This document shows, one piece after another, positions 18,773 through 28,167 of a stretch of 39,709 nt of DNA. The position numbers were made by a program, and so were the translations under genes. Each line of letters begins with the position of its first letter. Position 1 is the first letter of the stretch. The DNA lies in assembly GCA_043807255.1 (NCBI GenBank), contig JAZDGD010000012.1:1-39709 (forward strand), given 5' to 3'. Origin of the DNA: Patescibacteria group bacterium. Lineage in GTDB: Bacteria; Patescibacteriota; Minisyncoccia; RBG-13-40-8-A. Under the pieces are notes generated by a model. The model was not told where the DNA came from and made no database searches. It was given only the letters and a program-made list of their open reading frames with translations.

Positions 18773-20440
18773 TTATTCTTTAAAATATATGTCTAATTTT
18801 TCTGCATCAATATCCGTCAATTTGGTTTTGAAAAGATGGCTTGCCATATAATTAAGTTCGGGGATGTTGTTAACAGGATAATCAAAAACCGGAAAACTTA
18901 TTTTTTGATATTTTGCTTTGCTTAAAAAATCATTAAAAATGTCTATATATGTTGGATAGAATTTACGATGCACAATAATGTCTGGTTGTAGTTTACTGTC
19001 CTCGACCAAATTATTACCAACATATCCAATAATAACCTTACTGTTTAAATAGTACATAAGAGAATTTTCTTCATAACCAGTGGCAATAATGATTTTTGAT
19101 GGATCGCTATATTTTTCTTGTATATGCGGAACAACAAAATCAAGCACGCCTTTATATTGATGGGTCATTTCATACAAATGACCTTTAATTAATTTAATTT
19201 GTGGGATCAAATTTAATCCGACGGCCATCAGAATCAACACAAGAAACATTTTTAACATAGCCCTTTTACTATAAGATCCCGCAACAAAAATACAATGAAA
19301 CACGCGCCAACACAACAAAATGTCCAATAGAATAATGCTCACCAAAACTGGTTGCAGAACAATAATATAACGTTCAAACATATAAAGACTACGCGCTATT
19401 ACCAAAATATAAATACAGAAAAATAATGTCAAAAAATTAGACGCCTTAATAAGAATTTCGTTATTAGTGGTTTTATTGTCCTGATTATTGCGAAACAATA
19501 AAAATCTTATAATCTTCAGAAAAATCGATAGACACAAGAACTCAAACTTCGCAAAAAAAGACAATGCCAAAACAACATTGCGAACATAAACACCGAAATC
19601 CAGAACATATTGTTGGGTTATTGCCTTGGTTGTAACGAATGTCTTAAAATACACCAAAGACGGAACAATAAAAATAAGCGATATAAATAATGGCAATGCT
19701 AGTCTAAAAAATTCACGCACAAATATTGATAATTTTTTTTCGCATTTTGAAAACGCCAAGATTAAATTATGTATCCCCAATGCCAACATAAAAGCAGCAG
19801 CAATTGGATAATGCGTATGAAACAACAACACAACAAACAAAGAAATCGCCCAAAGATAATGTTTATATTTTAAAGTTTTTAGTATTACGTATCTTACATA
19901 AACATTAAAAATAATCGATGCAAACAATATGACTAAGGAATAATAACGCACCTCTCTTAAATGTAAAATTAACGAGATTGAAAACAGTTCAAAAATAAAA
20001 AAAGCTATTAGCGTCCATTTTTTATTTTTGTTGAAAAACAACCCAATAGTTAATCCGAAAATTATTATGCCCAAAAATCCGGCTACAGCAAAAGGGATTC
20101 GCAACATTGCTGTTTTTACATATACATCATTGGACTGATTGGCCAAAGAATCTCCAATGGCTGCTAAATAATATTGTGTCCAACCTTCTGCGATATAAAC
20201 ATCACCACTACTTCTTGTGCCAACATCGTGATTCTGATCACTCCAAAGATATAGTGAATTTTTATCGTCATGAACCTTGGGATAGCCATATTGCAATACT
20301 CGCCTGCCAAACATAGCAGTCGAAGCTTCATCGTTCCACAATAAAGGATAGGCAATGTTTTTAAACAAACTAATGGCAAAAATAGTAATTATTATTACCA
20401 CGCCAATACTTAATAATATTTTTATTTTTTTGTTTTCCAT
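18773..20440 (-). CDS. polytopic GT-C-like membrane protein
   Basis: LWNDEA in the first loop, REVRYYS, ERY, many TM segments. Confidence 0.7.
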   Translation of the reverse strand: MENKKIKILLSIGVVIIITIFAISLFKNIAYPLLWNDEASTAMFGRRVLQYGYPKVHDDKNSLYLWSDQNHDVGTRSSGDVYIAEGWTQYYLAAIGDSLANQSNDVYVKTAMLRIPFAVAGFLGIIIFGLTIGLFFNKNKKWTLIAFFIFELFSISLILHLREVRYYSLVILFASIIFNVYVRYVILKTLKYKHYLWAISLFVVLLFHTHYPIAAAFMLALGIHNLILAFSKCEKKLSIFVREFFRLALPLFISLIFIVPSLVYFKTFVTTKAITQQYVLDFGVYVRNVVLALSFFAKFEFLCLSIFLKIIRFLLFRNNQDNKTTNNEILIKASNFLTLFFCIYILVIARSLYMFERYIIVLQPVLVSIILLDILLCWRVFHCIFVAGSYSKRAMLKMFLVLILMAVGLNLIPQIKLIKGHLYEMTHQYKGVLDFVVPHIQEKYSDPSKIIIATGYEENSLMYYLNSKVIIGYVGNNLVEDSKLQPDIIVHRKFYPTYIDIFNDFLSKAKYQKISFPVFDYPVNNIPELNYMASHLFKTKLTDIDAEKLDIYFKE

Positions 20441-20443
20441 TGA

Positions 20444-21154
20444 TTATTTACTAAATAATCTCTTCCAAAAAAATTTACCAGCCACCTTCAGGGTGGTCAA
20501 ACCATAGCGGATACTTCTGTACCAATTAATGCTAGAACTTTCGGGAAGATATCTTACGGGGACAGGTATTTCACCAATTTTAAAACCTTTTTCTATGATC
20601 GCAAAAAGCATTTGCGTATCAAAAACAAAATCATCAGAAAATTTATTGTAATCAATAGATTCTAAGACCTCTCTGCGATAAGCCCTATAACCAGTATGCC
20701 ATTCAGATAAATTCTGTTGACTAACTACGTTTTCGATTAATGTAAGCATTCGATTAGAGTAATATTTATATTTTGGCATACCGCCTGCCAAGGTCTCTTT
20801 TCTGCTTCTAATTCTTGAACCGAGCATTACATCAAAATAACCGTCTTTAATATAATTTACAAAATAATTAATTAATTTTGGATCGTATTGATAGTCCGGA
20901 TGAAGCATAATTACGATATCTGCGCCTCGTTCCAATGCTAATTTATAACAAGTTTTTTGGTTTGCGCCATATCCTTTGTTTTTCTCATGTTTATGTGTTG
21001 TTAGATTTAATTTTTTGGCCAACTCTAATGTTTTATCATTACTAAAATCATCAACCAGGATTATTTCATCAACAATCCCCCTTAGCACATCGTTAACGGT
21101 CATTTCTAATGTTTTTTCGGCGTTATATGCTGGCAAAACCAAAACAACTTTCAT
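20444..21154 (-). CDS. GT2 glycosyltransferase (DPM-like)
   Basis: LPAYNAEKTL, VDDFSND, HPDYQYDP, GSRI, HTGYRAY. Confidence 0.92.
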   Translation of the reverse strand: MKVVLVLPAYNAEKTLEMTVNDVLRGIVDEIILVDDFSNDKTLELAKKLNLTTHKHEKNKGYGANQKTCYKLALERGADIVIMLHPDYQYDPKLINYFVNYIKDGYFDVMLGSRIRSRKETLAGGMPKYKYYSNRMLTLIENVVSQQNLSEWHTGYRAYRREVLESIDYNKFSDDFVFDTQMLFAIIEKGFKIGEIPVPVRYLPESSSINWYRSIRYGLTTLKVAGKFFWKRLFSK

Positions 21155-21209
21155 GTTTTTATTTTATCATAAAATTGCCAAAAAGGCGATTTTTTGATAG
21201 AGTTTAAAC

Positions 21210-22292
21210 ATGATTATTTTGGGCATTGAAACAAGTTGCGATGATACAGGAATTGCAATAATCGAGGCAAAACCAACAAAAACCGGTCCTGTTTTTAATA
21301 TTTTATCCAATGTTGTGTCCTCTCAAATTAAGGTTCACGCGCCATTTGGCGGGGTCGTGCCAAATTTAGCCGCGCGAGAACACTTAAAAAATATCGGACC
21401 ATGTCTAAAAACCGCCCTAAAAGAGGCAAATAAAACGATTGAAGATATTGATTTAATTGCCGTCACTTCTGGCCCGGGTCTAATCCCCTCACTTTTAATT
21501 GGGGTTAATTTTGCAAAAGCGTTGGCGTATAAATACAATATTCCCATTGTGCCTATCAACCACCTCGAGGGACACATAACCATTGCCTTCGGCAATGGAA
21601 TTTCTAAATCCAAATCTCTAATTTCTAAAAATACCTTTCCTGCAATTGCGTTATTGGTAAGCGGAGGACATACACAGTTAATTTTAATGAAGAAAATAGG
21701 AAGCTATAAAATTATTGGCGAAACAAGAGATGATGCAGCCGGAGAATGTTTTGATAAGACAGCGAAACTACTTGGACTTGAATATCCGGGAGGACCAGCC
21801 ATTTCTCGAGAAGCCGAAAAATGGAAATCCTCCTCCTTCGCTAAAGCTACGGCGGACAAGGCAATCCCCAAATTACCACGTCCAATGATGAATCAAAATA
21901 ATTTTGATTTTAGTTTTTCGGGATTAAAAACGGCAGTGCTTTATTTGGTTCGCGATGTTGGACGTCCGACGTCCAACATGATTTCCGCAATCTGCAGGGA
22001 AACCCAACAAGCGATAATCGATGTTTTAATTTCTAAAACTTTCAAGGCGGTGGAAAAATATAAAGCAAAAACCATTATTCTTTCCGGCGGAGTAGCCGCG
22101 AATGAAGAATTGCGCAAACAGTTTGCATTCAAAATTCAAAATTCAAAATTAAAAATTCAATTTTTAACTCCGGTTAAAAATTTGTGTATGGACAATGGCA
22201 CAATGATTGCCATGGCTGGATATTATAATCGAAACAAGGCAACAAAAAAATATTCATCAATTATTGCAAATACCAATTTAAGATTGTCTTAA
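21210..22292 (+). CDS. tsaD: tRNA N6-adenosine threonylcarbamoyltransferase
   Basis: GIETSCDDT, GPGL, HLEGH, SGGHT, DDAAGECFDK, SFSGLKT, GGVAAN, DNG. Confidence 0.97.
   Translation: MIILGIETSCDDTGIAIIEAKPTKTGPVFNILSNVVSSQIKVHAPFGGVVPNLAAREHLKNIGPCLKTALKEANKTIEDIDLIAVTSGPGLIPSLLIGVNFAKALAYKYNIPIVPINHLEGHITIAFGNGISKSKSLISKNTFPAIALLVSGGHTQLILMKKIGSYKIIGETRDDAAGECFDKTAKLLGLEYPGGPAISREAEKWKSSSFAKATADKAIPKLPRPMMNQNNFDFSFSGLKTAVLYLVRDVGRPTSNMISAICRETQQAIIDVLISKTFKAVEKYKAKTIILSGGVAANEELRKQFAFKIQNSKLKIQFLTPVKNLCMDNGTMIAMAGYYNRNKATKKYSSIIANTNLRLS
21955..21979. repeat. perfect 25-nt palindrome inside tsaD
   Basis: ATGTTGGACGTC-C-GACGTCCAACAT. Confidence 0.85.
22127..22161 (+). repeat. heptamer tandem repeat (ATTCAAA)x5, two units imperfect, inside tsaD
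   Basis: ATTCAAA ATTCAAA ATTCAAA ATTAAAA ATTCAAT. Confidence 0.8.
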
Positions 22293-22348
22293 AATTTTAA
22301 AAATGAGATAATATTTGTATATCTGTAATAATTTGTAATTTGTAGTAT

Positions 22349-24562
22349 ATGGAAATTCCAAAAGCATACGATCCGAAAGAGGTTGAAGGTAAAATATACA
22401 AACTCTGGGAAGAGGGCGATTTTTTTAATCCCGACAAATTGCCAAAAACGCACAAAAAACCATTTTCTATTATTATGCCCCCTCCGAACGCCAACGGTTC
22501 ACTTCATCTGGGACACGCATCGGTTGTTGCTATCGAAGACGTCATGATAAGGTACAAGAGAATGCGCGGATTTAAAACGTTGTGGTTGCCGGGAGCTGAT
22601 CATGCCGGATTTGAAACACAGGTTGTATTTGAAAAAGAATTGGAAAAAATGGGAACTAGCCGTTTTGAGATTATGAAACAAGAAAACGGTCGAGAAAAGC
22701 TTTATAAAATGATTTGGGACTTTACTCTTTCCAATAAGTCGCGAATGGAAAATCAAACCAAAGCATTGGGTGCTTCCTGTGATTGGTCACGAGAAATGTT
22801 TACGCTTGATCCAAAAATTATTAAAACCGTTTACCAAACATTTGAAAAAATGTATAACGATGGATTAGTTTATAGAGACAACAGAATTGTTAATTGGTGC
22901 ACTAAACACCAAACCGCACTTTCTGATTTAGAGGTTGGTTGGGAAGAAAAAAACGATAAATTATATTATGTAAAATATTTTTTAGTTGATAATCCCTCTG
23001 AATTTATCGTTGTTGCAACCACTCGTCCAGAAACCATCCCCGGGGATTTTGCTATTGCAGTTCACCCACAAAACAAAAAATACAAAAATTTTATTGGAAA
23101 ACATATTACCAATCCATTAATCAATAATCGCGAAAAGTACGGAAATACCATTAAAATTATTAGTGATGAAATGGTAGATAAGGATTTTGGGACTGGTGCG
23201 TTAAAAATAACCCCCGCTCACGATGCGACTGATTTTGAAATAGGAAAACGCCATTCTCTGCCAACCGATTATCAAATTATCGGATGGGATGGACGCATTA
23301 ATGCCCTGGGCGGAGCATTACAGGGAATGAAAATTTTAGAAGCCAGAGGAAAATCAATAGAAATTTTAAAACAAGCCAATGCTTTAGAAAAAATTGAAGA
23401 TTATAAACACGAAGTTTCTGTTTGTTATAAATGCAAAAACACAATTGAACCACTAATACGAAAACAATGGTTCATAAAAATGACTTCTTGTCCCAAGAAT
23501 GGCAAAAAATCATTACGTGACATAACCGTAGAGGCGGTGAAGTCTGGCAAGGTTAAATTTGTCACTAAAAAGTTCGAAAAAATATTTTATCATTGGATGA
23601 GAAATATCCGCGACTGGAATATTTCGCGACAAATTGTTTGGGGAATTCCTATTCCAATTTGGTATTGCGCCAAATGCGGAAAAGAAATTTTGCATTTTGA
23701 AAAAACTCCACCAATAAAAAAATGTCAAAATATGGATTGTAATTGTGACTCGTTTATAAAAGAAAACGATGTTTTTGATACCTGGTTCTCTTCCGGGCAA
23801 TGGCCGTTCGCTACTTTAAAAAACTGCAAACCAAACGATTTTAAACAATTTTATCCAACATCAGTTATAGAAACCGGCTGGGACATTTTATTTTTTTGGG
23901 TAGCAAGAATGATTATGTTTGGCGTTTATGTTACAGACGAAATTCCGTTTAAAAATGTTTATTTGCACGGACTGATTAGAGATAAAGACCGACAAAAAAT
24001 GTCAAAATCAAAAGACAATGCCATTGACCCATTGGGAGTTATTGATCTATATGGCGCCGACGCACTTAGAATATCATTAATCATTGGCAATGCGCCAGGC
24101 AATGATCCGATAATTTCTGAAGAGAAAATTCGTGGATATAGAAATTTTGCCAACAAGATATGGAACGTAAATAGATTTATACAGATGTTTTCGAAAGATA
24201 AAATCCTCAAAAAACCAAATCTTTCTAAAAATGACAAAAAGTTATTAACTGATTTAGAAAAATTAGTTAAAAATGTGACTGAGGACATGGAGAATTTTTC
24301 CTTTTATTTGGCGGCAGAAAAAATTTATCATTATTTCTGGCACAATTTTGCCGACAAAATTATCGAATCAAACAAAGCACGATTAAAGTCTGAAAATCCA
24401 AAAGAACGACTTACCAGTCAATATTTGCTTAATGAAATTTTGAAAACAAATCTAAAACTTCTTCATCCATTTATGCCATTTATTACTGAATCAATTTGGC
24501 AGATGAATTATAAACAAAAAAACGCACTCATAATTTCTGAGTGGCCAAAAATTAAAAAATGA
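22349..24562 (+). CDS. valS: valine--tRNA ligase (short form lacking the C-terminal coiled coil)
   Basis: PPPNANGSLHLGH, ATTRPET, GTGALKITPAH, DWNISRQ, DTWFSS, KMSKS. Confidence 0.97.
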   Translation: MEIPKAYDPKEVEGKIYKLWEEGDFFNPDKLPKTHKKPFSIIMPPPNANGSLHLGHASVVAIEDVMIRYKRMRGFKTLWLPGADHAGFETQVVFEKELEKMGTSRFEIMKQENGREKLYKMIWDFTLSNKSRMENQTKALGASCDWSREMFTLDPKIIKTVYQTFEKMYNDGLVYRDNRIVNWCTKHQTALSDLEVGWEEKNDKLYYVKYFLVDNPSEFIVVATTRPETIPGDFAIAVHPQNKKYKNFIGKHITNPLINNREKYGNTIKIISDEMVDKDFGTGALKITPAHDATDFEIGKRHSLPTDYQIIGWDGRINALGGALQGMKILEARGKSIEILKQANALEKIEDYKHEVSVCYKCKNTIEPLIRKQWFIKMTSCPKNGKKSLRDITVEAVKSGKVKFVTKKFEKIFYHWMRNIRDWNISRQIVWGIPIPIWYCAKCGKEILHFEKTPPIKKCQNMDCNCDSFIKENDVFDTWFSSGQWPFATLKNCKPNDFKQFYPTSVIETGWDILFFWVARMIMFGVYVTDEIPFKNVYLHGLIRDKDRQKMSKSKDNAIDPLGVIDLYGADALRISLIIGNAPGNDPIISEEKIRGYRNFANKIWNVNRFIQMFSKDKILKKPNLSKNDKKLLTDLEKLVKNVTEDMENFSFYLAAEKIYHYFWHNFADKIIESNKARLKSENPKERLTSQYLLNEILKTNLKLLHPFMPFITESIWQMNYKQKNALIISEWPKIKK

Positions 24563-25281
24563 TGAAACTTTTACTTTGCATTTTACTTGCTCCCCTGCCA
24601 TCAATTATTTGGTTGGCGTTCTATTTACGTAAAGATAGACACCCCGAACCAAATAAATTAATTGTAAAAATATTTTTATTAGGAGCAATGGCAATTGTTT
24701 TTGCTGCACTCTTGGAACAAGGAGTTTATCTTGGTTTAGGGGAACTTTCCCTGGCTGGAGAAATAATTCTTCTAGTGATTAGTTTTGCTTTTATTGAAGA
24801 ACTGTTAAAGTATCTCGTGGTTAAATTTGGTGTCCTAAAAAATCCCAGCTTCGATGAACCAATTGATTCGATGATATATTTGATAATTTCCGCATTAGGA
24901 TTTGCTGCGGCCGAAAACATTTATCTCTTAACAAAAATTTCTCCTTTAAAAATTCCTATTGGCGAAACAATAGAATTTATAACTACCAGATTTTTAGGTG
25001 CAACTCTCTTGCACGTACTCGCCTCTGCGATTGTGGGCTATTTTCTGGCGGCATCATTTTGTCGAAAATCAAAATTTAGAAAAACTTTAGTTTTTGGTGG
25101 ACTAATTGCCGCAACAATATTGCATTCGGTTTTTAATTATATTATAATATTAAATATAAACGAACAAATCGAGGCTTACCAAAGAAATGGTTTAATTTTT
25201 ATACTACTTCTTGGAGGGGCGATCATGGTCTCAATAATGTTTAAAAAGATTAATAAATTTAGATCAGTTTGCAAGTTATAA
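24559..25281 (+). CDS. prsW: PrsW family intramembrane metalloprotease
   Basis: HPEP, IEELLK, GFAAAEN, LLH, LHSVFN. Confidence 0.9.
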   Translation: MMKLLLCILLAPLPSIIWLAFYLRKDRHPEPNKLIVKIFLLGAMAIVFAALLEQGVYLGLGELSLAGEIILLVISFAFIEELLKYLVVKFGVLKNPSFDEPIDSMIYLIISALGFAAAENIYLLTKISPLKIPIGETIEFITTRFLGATLLHVLASAIVGYFLAASFCRKSKFRKTLVFGGLIAATILHSVFNYIIILNINEQIEAYQRNGLIFILLLGGAIMVSIMFKKINKFRSVCKL

Positions 25282-25286
25282 AAAAA

Positions 25287-25367
25287 TAATATCCGAATGA
25301 TACGAATCTGTATCCGAATCAACGAATATTCGTAGATTCGAATAAGAATTTGTAGATTCGCATAATA
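25287..25367 (+). repeat. ~81-bp palindromic intergenic element, copy 2
   Basis: ~90% identical to the reverse complement of 4589-4670 (hand alignment). Confidence 0.85.
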
Positions 25368-25372
25368 CTCAT

Positions 25373-25918
25373 ATGGCAAAATCATTTTTTGAAAAATTAA
25401 CTGGCGCATCAACAGGCGATGATTTAGAAGAAAAGGTCAACGAAGAACCACAAGAAGAAGAGACAACAACAATAAAACAACAACCAGATATCACTCCAAA
25501 AACAACAACCAGAAAACCAAAGTCGATAAAAAAAATAGAAACCATTGAAGAAGACAAAAGCTGGCTTCAAGATGCCGACGAAGGCGAGGAAGGACAGTTA
25601 ACCATTGATGTTTATCAAACGCCAACTGAAATTGTAATCAAATCAACTGTTGCCGGAGTAAAACCAGAAGACATAGACATCAGTTTTACCAACGACATGA
25701 TTACGGTTCGTGGCAGAAGAAAGAAAGAAGAAGAAATCACAACCGAAGATTATTACTATCAGGAACTTTATTGGGGAGCATTTTCTAGATCGGTTATTCT
25801 CCCAGTGGAAGTTGATGTCGACAAAGCAAAAGCAGAAATTAAAAACGGAATCCTTACGGTCCGTCTTCCTAAATCAGAAAAAATCAAAACCAAAAAAATC
25901 AAAGTCAATCTTGGATAG
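25373..25918 (+). CDS. Hsp20/alpha-crystallin small heat shock protein
   Basis: IDVYQT, AGVKPEDIDI, WGAFSRSVILP, AEIKNGILTVRLPK. Confidence 0.93.
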   Translation: MAKSFFEKLTGASTGDDLEEKVNEEPQEEETTTIKQQPDITPKTTTRKPKSIKKIETIEEDKSWLQDADEGEEGQLTIDVYQTPTEIVIKSTVAGVKPEDIDISFTNDMITVRGRRKKEEEITTEDYYYQELYWGAFSRSVILPVEVDVDKAKAEIKNGILTVRLPKSEKIKTKKIKVNLG

Positions 25919-26381
25919 TTTTGTAAATTTCTAATGTTTCGCGAGACATTTTTGACCAATCATATTTTTTGATTTGTTCGAACCCTTTTTTGATTAATTC
26001 TTCACGTATCTCCCTATTGATTAGGGCGGTTTTTATTTTTTCTGCAATATCATCAACGTTCAAGGGATTAAAATATAATACTGCATCACCCAATATTTCT
26101 GGCACACAGGTTAAATTCGAAGCAACAACCGGCACGCCTCTTTTCATCGCTTCTAGTGGCGGTAAACCAAACCCTTCGTACAAAGACGGAAAAACAAACA
26201 AACTCGCATTTTTATATAGATCGTCCAATTCTTTTTCGCTAACAAATCCCGTAATCAAAATTAAACTATATTTTAATCCATCTTGCCTTATTTTTTCGCA
26301 CGCTAACTTTAACCGCTCCAAATTTTTGTGCGGATAATCATTGCCAACGTATAAAATATATTGATTAGCTAATTCCTTCAT
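25905..26381 (-). CDS. GT4 glycosyltransferase C-terminal half (split gene or pseudogene fragment)
   Basis: YILYVG..PHKN, FPSLYEGFGLPPLEAM; own ATG overlapping the upstream half. Confidence 0.75.
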   Translation of the reverse strand: MKELANQYILYVGNDYPHKNLERLKLACEKIRQDGLKYSLILITGFVSEKELDDLYKNASLFVFPSLYEGFGLPPLEAMKRGVPVVASNLTCVPEILGDAVLYFNPLNVDDIAEKIKTALINREIREELIKKGFEQIKKYDWSKMSRETLEIYKTIQD

Positions 26382-26877
26382 AAATTACCTTGATTTTATT
26401 TTCATTAACACTAGGATAATATTTTAATATATCTTTTTTTGTATATTCTGAAATCGCAATTATTTTCTCTGAATTTTTGATTGCACGCTTAAAGACAATT
26501 TTATATACCCAAAACTTGATACCTTTGCGTATTGGAAAATAACGTAAAATTAAATCATGAATCGTAACTATAAATTTTTTACGATACAAAATCGGCACAT
26601 TAAAATGCGTAAAGTGCATTAAGTTCAATTTATATTTTTTTAATTGCAAGGGAAACAAGACTTGCTCTTTAATCCCATACCATCGATAATTAGCTAATAC
26701 TTTGTGAAAACTTTTATTTTGTGGTTTATATTCGTCGAAACTATTTTTGCGTAAAAAAACAAAAAATTCAATTTCATTGTTTGAAATTTTTTCCATTTCT
26801 TTAATTAAATTTTCCGCATACCTGCCAAATCCCTTGTCTTTTGGTCCAAAGAACCTAGCATCTATTCCTATTCGCAT
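26365..26877 (-). CDS. GT4 glycosyltransferase N-terminal half (split gene or pseudogene fragment)
   Basis: MRIGIDAR, VTIHDL, IAISEYTKKDI, ends at KVIYEGIS*. Confidence 0.75.
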   Translation of the reverse strand: MRIGIDARFFGPKDKGFGRYAENLIKEMEKISNNEIEFFVFLRKNSFDEYKPQNKSFHKVLANYRWYGIKEQVLFPLQLKKYKLNLMHFTHFNVPILYRKKFIVTIHDLILRYFPIRKGIKFWVYKIVFKRAIKNSEKIIAISEYTKKDILKYYPSVNENKIKVIYEGIS

Positions 26878-28115
26878 AATTTTAAAATTTCTTTAGTTGT
26901 TTTGTCCCAATTAAATTGTTTAGATTTTTCTATCCCCCTTTTACTCAAATAATCGCCCAATTCTTTGTTCTCTAAAATTTCTTTTATTGCCCAACTTATT
27001 TCGTTTGGATTCTCTGGATTTATCATAATCGCTGAATCGCCTACAACCTCACTCAAGGACGATTTATTGGAAACAATTACTGGCACCCCACAGGCCATTG
27101 CTTCTAACGGCGGCAAGCCAAATCCCTCAAAAAAACTTGGATAAACAAAAATTTTAGCTAAATTATATAAATACAATTTATCGTCCTCTTCAACAAATCC
27201 GGTAAAAATAATATCGTCTTTGAATTCTGATTTTTGGGCTTTTTCAAAGACTTCTTTATAGAGCCACCCCTTTGCTCCAGCGATAACTAGTTTTAATTTT
27301 GAAAAGTCACAAACTTCATCTTTGTGTCCCCTAACCACGCCCTCGAATCCTTGCCAATTGACATCCAAAACTTTCCCTTGTTTTTCTTTTTTAACTTCTT
27401 CGAATGCTTCAATTAATCCCAAAATGTTTTTTCTTGGCTCAATCGTGCCAAAATATAATACGAAATCAATACATGAATTCGCCTCATCGGCGAACAGGCC
27501 GTATTTTTTTGATATTTCTAATAATTTAATATTGTTTTGATTTATCGGCCTGAATTTTTCATCAATGCCGGGATAAATAACCTTTATTTTTGAGGGGTCA
27601 ATTTTATAGAAATCAATTAGATCTTTTTTTGTCGATTCCGAAATCGCAATAATCGAATCTGCTTTTCGCGCCTGTTTTCCGGGAAACATAAATCTATGCC
27701 ATAGTCTTTTTTGCCAAGAAAAAAACCTGGGAAACCTTAAAAACGATAAGTCGTAAAAAATCATTATTCGTTTAGTTTTTTTAGACAAGGGCGTAATTAA
27801 AAAATGTGGACTAACAAAAACATCCACGCCGCCTAGAATTTTGTCTAATTTTGGAAATTTAACAAATCTCAAAATCAAATCAAAAATTCTATTTGGAATT
27901 CTGATTTTTTTAATTTTAACGTTTTTATTTTTAAACCAAGAATAATCGAGTTTAAGTTTTTTAAACCCACTATAAAACAATTTATATTTTACCCCGTCCT
28001 TGGCAGGGTTGTTAGCTCCGTTTAACAACAATCTCGATAGTAAATTAATTAGATAATCTTCCACTCCCGTCCTCGCTTCTTTTGCCAACACCCTAATATC
28101 AATTCCAATAGTCAT
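26868..28115 (-). CDS. GT4 glycosyltransferase (MtfB-like)
   Basis: GIDIR, GTIEPRKN, YPSFFEGFGLPPLEAMACG. Confidence 0.93.
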   Translation of the reverse strand: MTIGIDIRVLAKEARTGVEDYLINLLSRLLLNGANNPAKDGVKYKLFYSGFKKLKLDYSWFKNKNVKIKKIRIPNRIFDLILRFVKFPKLDKILGGVDVFVSPHFLITPLSKKTKRIMIFYDLSFLRFPRFFSWQKRLWHRFMFPGKQARKADSIIAISESTKKDLIDFYKIDPSKIKVIYPGIDEKFRPINQNNIKLLEISKKYGLFADEANSCIDFVLYFGTIEPRKNILGLIEAFEEVKKEKQGKVLDVNWQGFEGVVRGHKDEVCDFSKLKLVIAGAKGWLYKEVFEKAQKSEFKDDIIFTGFVEEDDKLYLYNLAKIFVYPSFFEGFGLPPLEAMACGVPVIVSNKSSLSEVVGDSAIMINPENPNEISWAIKEILENKELGDYLSKRGIEKSKQFNWDKTTKEILKLCE

Positions 28116-28134
28116 AATTTTATATGTTTACACC

Positions 28135-28167
28135 ATAATGCCACGACCTCGCAAGTCGTGGCATTAT
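28135..28167. repeat. REP-like palindrome at the RAYT 3' end
   Basis: 13-bp arms ATAATGCCACGAC / GTCGTGGCATTAT around CTCGCAA; contains the RAYT stop codon. Confidence 0.85.

Noticed and set aside
22349-24562. valS as a truncated pseudogene
   Set aside because: All catalytic and anticodon-binding motifs are present and the stop is coupled to prsW by an ATGA overlap; only the terminal coiled coil is absent.
25176-25412. Minus-strand 78-aa ORF with IRI repeats, and the similar tail of ORF 4329-4733
   Set aside because: Translation shadows of the 82-bp palindromic element.
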